From: Amphiscolops sp. MND2022
Lineage: Eukaryota
Assembly: GCA_964187785.1 (NCBI GenBank)
Contig: OZ076409.1
Span: 60,452,001-60,516,000 of the forward strand
Direction: 5' to 3'
Length of the DNA stretch: 64,000 nucleotides
In this document: positions 24,850 through 39,600 of the stretch, one piece after another
Layout: every line of letters begins with the position of its first letter
Position numbering within the stretch: position 1 is the first letter of the stretch
Notes under the pieces: model-generated
Databases searched by the model: none
What the model was told of the DNA's origin: nothing
Seen by the model: only the letters and a program-made list of their open reading frames with translations
Program-made: the position numbers and the translations under genes

Positions 24850-27800
24850 AAAACAAGAACGTCACAAGTCAGCACTTGCTCAAGGCTCAAAAACCACGAA
24901 TTTTTAGTCGGCGCTTCATGAAGTGAAACGCGACTATTATATTGACTTTTCTTTTTTTCAATCGACACGAACTGACCAAAATAGTTCTTAAAAATTATAC
25001 GAAATTTTATGGTACCAAATTGAATCATTTGGCCAAGCGAACTGAACCAAAAAGGTTTTTCCTTTTTTTCCGCGTAACATACAATACCGGGAGAGACTAA
25101 AGGGTCCCCCCTTTCAGTTTTTTTTCGGTATTGACTTTTTTTCAAAAAAAATATACCCACTTCATTTTTTGATGTTTTGCGGCAGAATCGATGTTGAAAA
25201 ATCACCAAAGGGTCCCCGGCGCGCCAATTTGGTCCAACTTTTTGGGTTACCAGGTACTGGAGAACACTTTGACACTTTGAAGTCCTTTTGCTATTTTTGA
25301 GCCTTAGATATGGCGCCGAATTGGGCCGGTCCCGGCTTGTTTAAAGTATGCTCTGAATGACTGTCAAGAAATTCCTTATGAGTCCCCGTGCCAACACACC
25401 CAAAAGGGGGCCCTTTTGGATTGAAAAACGTATTTTTCCATATGAAGACATCGAAAAACTCGAAGCGGTGTTCATTTAAAGAATTGGAAAAATTTGAAAA
25501 GTGCACAGTGCTGGATAATTGAAAAGAAGACCATGGGATCCCCATCAAATTTGCCATTGTGAAAAAACTTCATTCTTTCGCGGGATTCGAATCCATGGCC
25601 TCCTTCTTACGAAGCACGCATCCTAACCACTAGGTCAAGTGGTGTAATGTTGCAGTAAAAAATCTGTTCGAAAAGATCACTAATCAGAGTGAAGTAAGTA
25701 GGTAGTTGGACAAAAAAGAAAGAAGGATTGCTGTAAATGACTGCACTTTTGTGACAAAAAGGAGTAACTAACAAGGCAGTAACGGTTCGAGTTGTCGTCC
25801 CGCGCTAAAGGTTTTAAAAAATCAAGTTTCGTAAATATGCAAACAAAACTATCGGTAAATAAAATTATATGAATTTTACAGTGCCGAAAGAAACTGGAAA
25901 CAACAAAAATTCGTTTTGAAAGTTTCCCCCGAAATTTTTTCTCCGAAAAAATTCTCATAGTGCCAAAAATGGAACTGTAAGCTCGTAAAACGGTTTTTCA
26001 AACCAAAAACATTCATGAAAGTGAAGCGGTATATTCTGACCAAACAAAAACTGTTTCCGAAGAAAAGTAGCATAGTGTCGAAAAACACTGCAGGTCTTCT
26101 CAAAAATTTTCGAAGAAATTCAGTTCCACAGAACCAAAAAAATTAACAAAAAGGTCATCCTCATACGGGAAGTTTAGAAAATTGGAAAAAATAATTTCAA
26201 TAGAATTTTTCCAAAAAAATTTTCGGAAATCTTCAATGAGCCGCAAAAGACAACCCCTAAAATGGTCATCTGTGTTCGCTATGTTTCTGCTAAAAATTAA
26301 AACAGTTTACTTAAGTTAAAAAAAACTTTTGAAAAGAAGTCACAAAGTGCGAAAAACCTTTCCTCTCTGGTAAAACATAATTTACTTCAGATATAACACA
26401 TCAAAAGTTCGGATAACGCGTGCTGGGACAAATGGGAGCGCTTTTTTCCAACCTCTGCCTCCTCGTTAGTAAAACGAAATTCACTTCGGATAAAAGATAA
26501 AATGTTCAAATACGGCGTGCTGGGATACATGGGAGCGCTTTTTTCGAACTTCCTTCCGCTTCCTCTTTAGAAAAACGTAATATGGTTCAGATATAACGAT
26601 AAATATTCGGATACAGCGCAATATTTTCGAACCGTCGCCTTCTTTTTAATGAAACGTAAGTTACTTCGGATACAACTAGTACTGAATGAGGATATATGAG
26701 AGTTTAGAAACTTATCAGCTTGAAAACTTGTAGAAATATGCCAGTTCATCGGTCTTGAAAAAACCACGGCGCTTGTCGGTTCTTTTCTCCAAAAATCAGC
26801 GTCTAGAAATGAAATATAAAAATTTCAATGGAAAGAGCCCGGTAAAACCGTCAATTTAGAATGATAAAGGTAAAAGATATACCAGTGGTCGAGTCACGAC
26901 ACCGAGACGAGAGAGTGTAAATACTAATAGAAAAGTTCAAATATCACAAAATGAACTCTTTTTTAGAAGGCGCTTTTATTAATAAAAGAGCCCGACTATT
27001 ACAGTCACTCGTTTTTTTCTTTTTTAAAGACAGACACGAAGCGACGAACGTTAACGTTCAACTAAAGAAACTAAATGAATACCTGGGAAACGCATCTAAG
27101 TTATTCTAAAGCGTCCCCTTTGTTTTTTTACGTTTTAAACGTAACCAACCAAACCGGACGGGACTGAAGGGTCCCCCTTTCGATTTTTTTTTCGACACTG
27201 TGCGACATTTTTTTCTGAAAGTTTTTTAATGTCCTCAAAGGTTCCCCCTTCGAGGTTTTTTGCAACTGAATGTATGTTAATAAATCCCAAAGGGTCCCCC
27301 TTTTACATTTTTCGGCACTGTGCGACATTTTCCGAGAGATAACAATTTCGAAAATTTCATTTTTTTTTGAAAAAAATGTTTTGCGCTTTTTGAGCCTTAG
27401 ATATAGCTCCGACTTTAGACGTTCTCGTCTTGTTGGTATTTTCATTTTGTTGAAAAAATGTCACACAGGACCGACAATGAACCAAAAAACCTTGACAACC
27501 AAAAACGGGAGAAAAAATTCCAACCAACTTCATCCAAATTTTTTGATCTCTTCGATTAGTCGCTTTGTGGTCACGAAAAACCTAAGGTGGCCCTCTAAGG
27601 TCGCACAACGCTTTGTTCCTGCTCAAAATCAAAAGGGTACTTTCGATGAAAAATCGTCTGAAAAAAGTCACATAGTATCTAAAAACTCCCAAAGAAAGAC
27701 CATCTAGTCTCCCCTCTATTTTTGGAAACAAAAACTTTTTAGTGCGAGACTCGAACCCAGCAACTCCTGCTTCTCAGACCCCGTCACTAGGCCTAGAAAT

Positions 27801-27900
27801 CTGCGTTAACCCCCAGGCCAAGTAGCAGTTAGATGGTACTAAGTTTACTTATAGAAAGCTTACAACATCTGTCTTAGAAAGAACCACAACTATTGTCATT
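24850..27900. mobile_element. cluster of DINE-1/Helentron-like non-autonomous repeats with tRNA-derived segments
   Basis: Three related heads of form AACAAG...AAGTC/AATTC...AAGGCTCAAAAA (24852 +, about 25295-25341 -, about 27387-27434 -). Shared GGGTCCCCC blocks and hairpin-like ends (24907-24936, about 26965-27000). Confidence 0.55.
25578..25642 (-). pseudogene. tRNA-derived (SINE-like) fragment
   Basis: Reverse complement reads TGACCTAGTGGTTAGG...GGATTCGAATCCC (A and B boxes). A related degenerate piece lies at about 27742-27830. Confidence 0.5.
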
Positions 27901-29699
27901 TTTTTTCTCCGAAAAGATCCGAATAGAAATTTAGATGTTTTACCAGCTGTGTGCTTAAACACACAGTCGATCAGCTGTGTTTATTTTGCCGAGTTCAACC
28001 ATATTTGTATTTTTCGTTACAAAATTTAACTCCTAACAAAAAAAACAGTGTCTTAACTGGACCTAAAAGCATGTCCAAAGATTACATGAAACTTTTCTGC
28101 AAGTTTGAGTGTGGCAGGTTTTCGAATGTATGTATGATGCTCAAGTAACTGAAGGCGGGAAATATCCTAGTGTGTACCTAGGTAATTATCATCCGGTTAG
28201 TCCTTCGAGATTTTTCGTGTCACAAAAGTGTTTCTGATTTGATTTATTACATGAAAGGACTCTGAATTGATTGAGAGTATTATACAACTTCGACTGTTGT
28301 GTTGTCGTGAATCTACATGCTGAAAATAATTATCAAGAACATCAGATTGGGTTCACAAACGAATTTTTAGTCTGAATGTTTCTGCATGCTTGTATCATAA
28401 CTACATTTTTAACTTCGTTTTGCCAGCTCAAGCTATTGAACTGGAAATCGCGGCAATAGTTCCCAAGTTCAATTTGGGCATGTTGTATTCCGAGACTCTA
28501 ACTAATCTTATAAGAAAAGAAGTTTTCTAAAATGTGAAATAGGTCAACTCTGCATAGCTGAACTACTACACCAACTGAATGCACCATAAAAATAATGCTA
28601 ATAAGGGTACGGGTTTCATGGCCGGTTGAAGTAAACCTAAGTTCGCTGAGCTTGTTTGAAATCTATACCACATTCCCCTTTTACGAGGTGTTTTGATCCA
28701 CTCTTCTGTCATAGGCGGGGCCCATTGATATGAGGACTGGGGGTAAACGTAACTTGAGGACGTCTTCGCCTTTCCCTCTTATGCCCGTGTTTTCCATCAG
28801 GGTTACTCAGTAACAGTCCAATTTCATTAACATTTTGGCCTAACGCGTATTGTATTGCGTGAGGTTCACAGCCTGTTTGACCGGCAATTCCAGTTACGTC
28901 TTTGGTTATTGGTTTTGATTACTCTTATCTAAGCGTCTATTTCCTCCAAACTCGGTTCAATCGAGGCGCATGCCCATCTGGGCTTGAAACGCTGAGACAC
29001 CGGGTCTTTCCGTCATTTTCCTCTACAGCTACGATTTTTTTCCAGTAGTTCCCATAATTCATAATCCGTTTTTGCTTGATAGGTTTTTTTGCATAAGACA
29101 AATGTTGAGTTCTTTCAAGAAGGATTTCTTCTCTTTTGAGCTGGCTCAGTGTACAATTCGGTGGCTCTGATAAGGGAATTTGTGTAGAGGTCAAACTACC
29201 TTTCCGTCTCTTTGTTATTTGCAGCCCATATTTTATACGGGAAAGGAAAATATTTAAATCAAACGTTTTTTTAACAAAATTTGCCTAGCGCCAAATTTTT
29301 AATTAACTTTAAGGGTGTTAACCAAAGAATTCAACTCACATAAATTTAGCTTCGAGCACTTTGTATTTGTGGAGGTTTCTGCATTTTTTGAATTGATCTC
29401 AAGAACTCAAAATGACCCAAAAATGACCCCAAAAAGGAAAAAATCTCCATTTCTTTACGTCGTTAAGAGTTTCAAAATTTTTTGATAGATATCGTAAATT
29501 AGAATGTTGAAAACGTTCAACAAGGCACAAACTCGTTTTCCAATAGTCTTCTGTGAAGAGATAATTGCTGTTTTCCAAAAGACAAAGATCACAAATTGAC
29601 AGCAAAAATGACAAAACCAAAGTTTCCAATTTGCAACGTTTTTATGCAATGTTTGTCAAATTTTCGATAGACTTCGTAGATTAGAATGTGGAAAACTCT

Positions 29700-32600
29700 G
29701 AACATGGCACTACTTTTTTGTCCAGTCGGCTTTTCCGAAGAGTTGATTGCTGTTTTCTAACTGAAAATGTTTCAAATTGACACCGAAAACGACAGAGGTT
29801 TCCATGTTTTATTGTTTTTATACATTTTTTGTTGAAGTTTCGACAGACTTAGTGGATTGGAATATTGCAAAGGATCAACAAGCAAAAGATTGGTTGTCCA
29901 GTAGTCTTTTTGAAGAGTTTATTGCGTTTTTCTAAATGAAATTGTCTCATATTCACACCGAAAATGAAAAAGTCTTAAAACTTTTCCAATTTTAAAAGAT
30001 TTTATGCATTTTTTTCCAATTTTTTGATGGACTTTAAGGATTGGAACGTTAAAACGGGTCAACAATCAAAAATGTGTTGTCCAGTATGCTTGGAAAAGAG
30101 ATAACTACAGTTTTTTGAAACAGAAATTGACCGGAATTGAAATCGAAAAAGTCAAAATTTCGAAAGTTTACTGATTTTTAAAAATTTTGTTCAATTTTTG
30201 TTAAAATATCGATAGACTCTGTGGATTAAAAGGTTAAAACGCCTAAAGTAGGGGCAATTTGTTGTGTTGGTGAGCTTTCGTCACGGGATAAGTTCAATTT
30301 GTAAAAGAAAAGTGATTCAAATTGATCCTGAATTTGAGAAAAATTTGAAGTTTTTGTCATTTTTGATGCAATTTCTGTACATTTTTCTATACATTTTGTC
30401 TAAGTTCCAAAGCAATCAACTCAACAACAAAAGAATGAGCTATGCATTACATTTTTTGGAGAGAACGTTGCAGCATTCCGCTTCAAAGATACTGCAGATT
30501 GACTCCAAAGCAATTGAAAAATTTCAACATCTTCGTTTTTGTGCAAATACTGGAAAAATTGAGAATTTTCATGTTTTTTTAAACAAATTTAGGCCGTTTT
30601 TTGTACAGTCTTTGAGCTTCTTTCTTGCAAAAAATGGTTACAAAAACTCAACATTGACTAATCCGGGTATCTCCAGTAGGCAATTTTGCAGGGATAAACA
30701 GATTTTTTGTGGAATTTGCCTCAAAAACACACAAAAATTGATGAAACAACAAAAAAACGCTCTTTGACAAACGAATCCCAATTTTTGTTCAAACCACGAA
30801 AGTGTTTGAAGAATAGAATTTCCAATGAGCTGAGCGTTGAAACAATAGGACATCCAAAACGCAATTGGAAAAAGTGGGATGAAGTTCATCGAGTTTACAA
30901 CAAAGATGTCAAAGTTTCCGATTTTTTTTGTTTTCAACAACATAATCCTAATCTTGAACCCTTTCTAACAATTTACAATCAGAAATACCATAGGCTCAGA
31001 ATTGAATCGTGTAAGCAGCGGTAGTGTTTCGAAAAAATATCAGACAAATTTCTTTGCACAACTTTCAAAAACGTGTTTTGAAAGCGCAAATTTTGACCTC
31101 ATTTGTCCAATAAGTAATATTCAAAACCTCCAAGCAAAATCACTAAATACGGAGTACACCTTCCAAAGGAAATTGTTTCCAGCTTTTTTCCGGATTAGAA
31201 TGGTGTAAACATTCAACAATAACTCAACCCGGTGTCCATTAGGCTTGTTTTCGAAGGGACATCTGAATATTCAAGCTACAAATTTACTCGAATTGACCCC
31301 AAAGTTGTCAAAATTATTATGCAATTTTGTCACTTCTAGTGAAACTGGTGCTGCAAAAATACTACAAACCGGAATCATTCAACTTCCTTAAAATTGCAAA
31401 GGACCTAGTTTAGAGCTCCAGCCATTTTCTCAGTGACAACAGTTCTCTCACTATATACGCCTGAGACTGGGAAGCCACATTTTCACCAGAAGGAATTACA
31501 AAAAAGTCCAATACTTTTAGTTTCTCTGGTAAACTTTTATGATGGCGACACATGTTTCAGAAACAAGAAATTACTTTTCTCAAACCGAAATCAGCTATAA
31601 AAGCAAGGGGGTACTCTTTGATCGAATGAAAATTTCGGATGCTCAGAGCCGGAAAAACTGAAATGAGGTAATTTCCACAATCGTTAAGAATCCTCGTCAG
31701 CTCCATATGATCAAAAAAAAACAAAGAAGTCACCCTCAAGACTCGGGAATCTTTTTTCGAACAAAAAACCTGAAAAAAACTGAAACTTGCGAAAAATTTT
31801 CTCTTTTCTTGGTAAGTCGCATAGTGCCGAAAAAAAACGGAAAGTGGCCAGCTATCGCAGATATAAATTAGGTGTTTCCTTTGGAATGGGCTAAGATGAA
31901 TCAAAGCTTTCTTTTCTTTGAATTTCTTGGCATTCTTCAGTGCATTGGCTATTCTTGAGACTCAAATTCATGTAGAATCGTTTGGGGCGGAAATATCTCG
32001 CTGCTCAGCTGGCGTCTTGTTTGATTTCTGCAGCTTGTTCACGAGGAAATGTTGTTATTTTCATGAAGTGGGAACAAAAGTAGCCTTGAATTAGTAACGA
32101 TTGTTTTTCGATGTTTTTCTTGAAGGTTTTTTGATGGCAATGTAGTATTCATCTTCTTTTCGAAACTTTTGCTTCTCAAGTTTTGCCGTTGACATATTAA
32201 CTGGAAGCGTCCGAGGGCAAACTGTAACATTTTTGGTTTTCAGTACCTTCAACTATTTCTTGAGAATAGCTCCAATACAACTCAATTAAACCCGTTGGTA
32301 CCATGCACGAGACAAATAATAATATTTATTAGATTCGAGACAAAGAAGACTCAATTCAATCGAAGACGGTCGGGGCAAGTGTGACAAGGAAGTCACTTTC
32401 TTTTACATCTTTGGTAATCTGTTCTATTTCCGTGGGATGTCTCGCTACTCTAAGGCGGTTTTGGTTGGGGTGTCCTCTCAAGAACAAAAAGAGCAGTTTG
32501 AACACCAAATATTACACATTGTATAATATGCGAACATTAAAAGACACAAATACAATTTCACAACCATGAATACTAGAATGTATTATGTGACAACATCGAT

Positions 32601-33016
32601 AAATACGGAGAATAGTACGATTAGTATTGAAATCATATAACGCAGACAATTAATAAACAAGGGTTCCAGCAAGGTCTGATTTTGATTATCCGCGAAGTGG
32701 GTGATATTTGCAAGATATTGAATAAAGCAACTTGCCGCAACTCGTTTCTATAGACTTGGGGTGAAAGCGATCAGTGAATTCGAGGGCCACTGAACCCGTT
32801 TTACATATATAGACAATAGTCCAACAGACCACCTTATTGCCGGGTCAAAATTCGCGCTAAGGGATGGCGGATCAGCTATCTGACAGGCAACATCCAGAAG
32901 AAGGCACGGGCGTCACGGCCAATCAAACCAATTTTACAAACATGATAATCCGGTGCCTGATGCAGAACGTAAAGAATCAGTAAAACCTGCAAACCGTCTT
33001 CTAGAGATGGACTCAC
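29700..33016. repeat. block A, copy 1 (duplicate of about 36670-39977)
   Basis: Colinear diverged copy, e.g. the KNLKFLSFLMQFLY pseudo-ORFs and the GAGATGGACTCAC endpoint. A partial third copy lies at 33129-33530. Confidence 0.9.
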
Positions 33017-34988
33017 TTTGTGTGTCTTCGTAATGGAGCACCGTTCGCCCAAAGTTACTTTTTCGGCAGTGTAGTCATTGGTATAACGTCATCCTTCATT
33101 TTTTAAAAGTCCTAACTGTGTTGAGAACTTGGAGAAAAATTTGAAGTTTTTGTCATTTTTGATGCAATTTCTGTACAATTTTCTATACATTTTGTCTAAG
33201 TTCCAATACAATCAACTCAACAACAAAAGAATGAGCTATGCAGTACATTTTTTGGAGAGAACGTTGCAGCGTTTCGCTTCAAAGATACTTCTGATTGACT
33301 CCAAAGCAATTGAAAAATTTAAACATCTTCGTTTTTGTGCAAATATTGGAAAAATTGAGAATTTTCATGTTTTTTTAAAACAAATTCAGGCCGTATTTTG
33401 TACAGTCTTTGAGCTACTTTCTTGCAAAAAATGGTTAGAAAAACTCAACATTGACTAGTCCGGGTATCTCCAGTAGGCAATTTTGCAGGGATAAACGGAG
33501 TTTTTTGTGGAATTGGCCTCAAAAGCACACAATTTTAATTCCTGACTGTGATGAGTAATACAGTTTTTCCTATTTCGGTACTGAAAATTCATCGGAAGTA
33601 CTTTCCTTCATCGTGAGTCGGGCCTGGCTTTACCTTCATGTCAATCATGACTAGCGGTTTTACTTCGTGTCCAATGGAATTTAGTGGGAGGTATCACTGA
33701 CTCAGTTTTTCCAACTTTTGCAAACACGACTTAAGCTTCCGCTTTATGATTGACATTTGCACTTTTTGTCAACTCCTTTTTGTCACACAACTCCTGACAA
33801 CTATCTTCAGCAAAATATGGCTGAAGGAAAAATTTCCCAAAAATTTACAATGACCCAAAAGGCAATTTTATTCGAAACCCTAAAAATTTTCGAAATACTT
33901 GTTCTAAGGCCAAAAATAGGTGTTCTGATCACCAGGGGCTAAAACTAACTACACCATCCAGACAATCATTTGAAGGGCTTTGAAAACGTTGCGAATGTTA
34001 TCTTTCTATTTTGACTCCTTAACAGTGAAAAACGCACTTAAAGTAGTCAAAAATTAGTTATCGACATATAAATAAGTCTCAACTTTGAGGACTCGTACTC
34101 CCAAAATTCGAACAATACAGCGTGGGGGCTTTTATTCATCGCTCGCCCAAGCCATAAGAAGTATGTTGCATTTTAGATGAGGTCTCTATCTTTTTTTTCA
34201 ACAAAATTTGGAGGCACTTTTTCTGGGCAGTCATTTTTCAAATTTTGGTGACCTGACCTTCAACTCCTGACAATGTCTCAAAACCAGGTCACTTTTCGGA
34301 AAAACGCTCCCGCTAAACACTGTGCGCTACACTCCTTTACGTCTACCCTGAAAGTTTTAGCTCGATGCCGCCCGAAACGTACAGGTGAGCATTTTGGTAG
34401 GTCGATCTTCCTTTTAGCAAAATGAAAGTACAACGTTAAATTCTTGGGGGTTTCTCGCAACCGCGGCGCAGCGCTCAATTTACTACTTCATTCACTCATC
34501 CATTTCCATTTGCAAGTACGCTGCAAAGGGGGGGTTATTGCGCACCTGCGCTTGGAGTACTAGGCGATATCATGCAAAAAACGGCTACTTCGGCCTTTTG
34601 TTCGCTGGCTCAGATCTCAAATACTACGGAAAAGTTTTTAGTTAGACACCTCTTTTATCTTTACATTAGGCCATATCCAAACTTTTTTGACAATTTCAGC
34701 GATCACACGGAATTTTAAAAGGGAAATCGTTTTTGGAAACTCGTCAAAATTTAAAAGCACTTATTTTCAAAGCATCCCCCGGCCAAGTTCTCGTGGTCGC
34801 GCAGGACTCAAATTTTACACTTAAACTCTCCTTTGGACGGGATTTCGAATGCTGTAAACCATTTGTTGATATCCTACTTCACTCCCCAGAAATCGCGTTG
34901 TGATATTAAATTTGTATTAGTAAGCGGGATAATTCTAAAGTGTGCGGCGGCAGTTTTGTTATTAGCTGTGCGTACAGCCACTCATAGC

Positions 34989-36232
34989 GCGTTCTAATCT
35001 TGATTGTTTTGCTTTCTAACAAGCTTTGGTGAATTTTTTTTGCTTATTCCGCTCACGGTGATGTTTTCACTCTCAAACACATACATATATTAACATAGCA
35101 AATTAACTGATAATCTGTTCACAGTTGAAAGTGACTTCTAGCTCTTTTTCTGTGGAATTTCGTTTCTCAAAAAGTTTTAAAATCTTACTAAACACGTAGT
35201 CAGGTTAAATAGGAAGATTCATTTGTTTAAGGTTTTCTTGTATTTGCAATTCTTGCCGAGAAATTAGATGTGAAAGTTTCCTTCCACTTAAAATTTTCAT
35301 ACATACTTTTAGGAGGTGGCGGCGGACGTATAGCATTAAAACGTTACGCGGTCGCTTCATATCAGCTAGGAATGCTTAGTTGGGTTATCAACGGGACTAA
35401 AGACAATCTTTTTGACATTAAACATTAAGGCGAGGTACTTGAAGTACTTACTGTTATCTTTACTTTCAAATATATCACATCCGAATAATCTACCTTGTTG
35501 AAGGTACAAAATTGAAATACACGTCATAACATGGTCAAAAGTCGAAAACCCTACTCATACTATCAATAGACTCCACGTGAGGTGCTGGTGCTCTGTTTCC
35601 CGCATCTGGTTGTTTGATATCCTGGTTTTGGCCGACCGAACTATGTAGTTTTGTTCGATGATTAGATTCGCTGCCACTAGGGACATTTGTTGTCTCTAGA
35701 AAGCTCTCAATCGTGAAACGGTCCAATTTGTTGGCTGTAGTCTTCGTATAAGATTTCCTGCCTCGCTAGCATTTTCATTTGAAGTTTTCTAGTCCTCTTC
35801 CATTTGATGGATAGATTGAATGGGTATAAGTTCTGGTGAATTTGACTGTGGATTTATGTTTTCGATTGTGAACTGTTTGACTGATGCAAAAGTTTCGCGT
35901 GAAAGCTTGTAATTGGTTGTTACGTTAGTGTTCGGACTTCGTAATTTGGTTTTCCCATACGAGTTCCGTATTCAAGTGGAATCTCTTTTTGTTCGTATTT
36001 TCGGCCATGTTTTTGCCTGGTTGTTTCTTTATTTTATTTGTAAGTTGCATCAAAACATTCCAAATATGTGTTCAGCTTTCAACGTTTTGATTTAATTTTT
36101 GAAAAGCGTGACCGGTTGCGTCGTATGAAATTGTTCTTCAATTTCAATCTTTCAATAAAGAATTGGACTTCTGTGTCCAGTTCCGTCTTACTTCCTTTCC
36201 GTATTGAGCACTCCGATTGGTTTCTGACTTCA
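34989..36232. repeat. block B, copy 1 (duplicate of 39982-41224)
   Basis: Runs from GCGTTCTAATC to GATTGGTTTCTGACTT and is colinear with copy 2. The paired MVVTLVFGLR ORFs mark the two copies. Confidence 0.9.
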
Positions 36233-36669
36233 AAAATCGGTTACATTCATGTAAATTCCGGTGCAAAATTGGACCGTGGCGTCGAAATGTGACAGTTGGT
36301 TGATCCACAGGGTTATTTGAAGAATGACAAAAATCCCAAAAGTTTTCAAAATTAAAAAAATTCATTGCATTTTTTCCAAAACTTTTACGGACCTTGAGAA
36401 TTGGAGTTTTCCAATTTTCATAACTTGTATACATTTTTTGTTGAAATTCCGACAGACTTTGTTGATTGGAATATTTCAAAGGGTTAACATGGAAAAGGTT
36501 GGTTGTCCAGTAGTCTTTTATGAAGAGATAATTCATAAATGTTCTGGATGAAAATGTCTCAAATTGACCCAGAAATTGACAAAACCACATTTTTCTAATT
36601 TTTTAAGCATTTTACGCGTTTTCGTCACACTTTTGACAGATTTTGTGGATTAGAATGTCTTAAAGAGTA

Positions 36670-39600
36670 AACAAGGAGAGAATATGTTGTCCAATAGGCT
36701 TTTCCGAAGGGTTGATTGCTGTTTTCTAACTGAAAATGTTTCAAATTGACACCGAAAACGACAGAGGTTTCCAAGTTTTATTGTTTTTATACATTTTTTG
36801 TTGAAGTTTCGACAGACTTCGTAGATTGGAATATTTTAAAGGAAAAAATTGGTTGTCCAGTAGTCTTTTTGGAGAGTTTGTTGCGTTTTTCTAAACGAAA
36901 TTGTCTCCAATTCACACCGAAAGTGAAAAAAAATCCCAAAACTTTTCCACTTTTAAAAGAGTTTGTGCATTTTTTTCAAACTTTTGACGGATTTTAAGGA
37001 CTGGAACGTTAAAACGGGTCAACAAGGAAAAATGTGTTGTCCAGTATGCTTCAAAAAGAGATAATTGCAGTTTTTTAAAACAGAAATTGACCGGAATTGA
37101 CATCGAAAAAGACAAAATTTCGGAAGTTTACCGATTTTCATAGTTTTTGTTCAATTTTTGTTAAAATATCGATAGCCTTCGTGGATTAAAAGGTTAAAAC
37201 GCATAAAGCATAGGGCAATTTGTTGTTTTGGCGAGCTTTCGTCACGGGATAAGTTCAATTTGTAAAAAAAAGTGCCTCAAATTGACACTGAATTGTCGAA
37301 AAATTTGAAGTTTTTGTCATTTTTGATGCAATTTCTGTACAAATTCCTAGAGATTTTGTCTAAGTTCCAATACAATCAACTCAACAACAAAAGAGTGAGC
37401 TATGCATTACATTTTTTGGAGAAAACGTTGCAGCATTTCGCTTCAAAGATACTTCAGGTTGACTCCAAAGCAATTGAAAAATTTCAACATCTTCGTTTTT
37501 GTGCAAATATTGGAAAAATTGAGAATTTTCATGTTTTTTCTACCGTCTTTGAGCTACTTTTTTGCAAAAAATGGTTAGAAAAACTTAACATTGACTAATC
37601 CGGGTATCTCCAGTAGGCAATTTTGCAGGGATAAACGGATTTTTTGTGGAATTGGCCTCAAAAACACACAAAAATTGATGAAACAACAAAAAAACGCTGT
37701 TTGACAAACGAATCCCAATTTTTGTTCAAACCACGAAAGTGTTTGAAGAATAGAATTTCGAAGGAGCTGAGCGTTGAAACAATAGGACATCCAAAACGCA
37801 ATTGGGAAAAAAGTGCGATGAAGTTCATCGAGTTTACAACAAAGATGTCAAAGTTTCCGAACTTTTTTTTTGTTTTCAACAACATAGTCCTAATTTTGAA
37901 CCCTTTCTAAAAATTTACAATCAGAAATACCATAGGCTCAGGATTGAATCGTGTAAGCAGCGGTAGTGTTTCGAAAAGATATCAGACAAATTTCTTTGCA
38001 AAACTTTCAAAAACGTGTTTTGAAGGCGCAAATTTTGACCTCATTTGTCCAAAAGGCAATATTCAAAACCTCCAAGCATAATCACTAAATACGGAGTACA
38101 CTTTCCAAAGGAAATTGTTTCCAGCTTTTGCCCGGGTTAGAATGGTGTAAACATTCAACAACAATTCAACCCGGTGTCCATTAGGCTTGTTTTCGAAGGG
38201 ACATCTGAAGATTCAAGCTACAAATTTACTCGAATTGACCCCAAAGTTGTCAAAATTATTATCCATTTTTGTCACTTCTGGTGAAACTGGTGCTGCAAAA
38301 ATACTACAAACCGGAATCACTCAACTTCCCTAAAATTGCAATGGACCTAGTTCAGAGATTCTGCCATTTTCGCGGTGACAACAATTCTCTCACGATATAC
38401 GCCTGAGACTGGGAAGCCACATTTTCCCCAAAAGGAATTACAAAAAAGTCCAATACTTTCACTTTCTCTGGTAAACTGTTATGATGGCGACACATGTTTC
38501 AGACACAAGAAACTACTTTTCTCAAACCGAAATCAGCTAAAAAAGCAAGGTGGTACTCTTTGATCAAATGAAAATTTCGGATGCTCAGAGCCGGAAAAAC
38601 TGAAATGAGGTAATTTCCACAATCGTTAAGAATCCTCGTCAGTTCCATATGATCAAAAAAAACAAAGAAGTCACCCTCAAGACTCGGGAAACTTTTTTCT
38701 TTTACAAAAAACCTGAAAAAACTGAAACTTGCGAAAAATTTTCTCTTTTCTTGGTAAGTCGCATAGTTCCGAAAAAAAAACAAAAAGTGGCCAGCTATCG
38801 CAGATATAAATTAAGTGTTTCCTTTAGAATGGGCTAAGATGAATCAAAGCTTTTTTTTCGTTGAGTTTCTTGGCATTTTTTAGTGCATCGGCTATTCTTG
38901 AGCCTCAAAGTCATGTAGAATACTTTGAGGCGGAAATATCTCGCTGCTCAGCTGGCGTCTCGTCTGTTTTCTGCAGCTTGTTCAATAGGAAATGTTGTTA
39001 TCTTCATGAAGTGAGAACAAAAGTAGCCTCCAATTAGGAACGATTGTTTTTCGATGTTTTTCTCGAATGTTTTTCGATGGCGATGTAGTACTCAGCTTCT
39101 TTTCGAAACCTTTGCTTTTCTTGTTTTGCAGTTGTAATATTAACTGGAAGCGTCCGAGGGCAAACTATAACATTTTTGTTGTTCAGTAGCTTCTTCTATT
39201 TGTTGAGAATAGCTCCACTACAACTCAACTAAACCCGTTAGTACCATGCACGAAATAAAAAATGGCTGAGTATCATTATAATATTAATTAACTTCGAAGG
39301 CAAAGAAGACACACTTCAATCGAAGACGGTCGGGGTAAGTGTGACAAGAAAATCACTTTCTTTTACATCTTTGGTAATCTTTTCTATTTCCGTGGGTTGT
39401 CTCGCTACTCTCAGGCGGGTTTGATTATGGTGTCCTCTCAAGGACAAAAAGAGCAGTTTGAACATCTATGAATACATATTATATAATATGAGAACATTAA
39501 AAGACACAAATACAAATTCACAACCACGCATACAAGAAAGTATTATGTGATAACATCGATAAATACGGAGAATAGTACGAATAGTATTAGAAATCATATA

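Noticed and set aside
28540..29230. GC-richer stretch, possible retroelement relic
   Set aside because: No recognisable motif in the frames I read.
30264..30767. 167-aa ORF with apparent paralogs at 33129 and 37272
   Set aside because: It falls in the duplicated AT-rich tandem repeat, frames are not conserved between copies, and it has no domain features.
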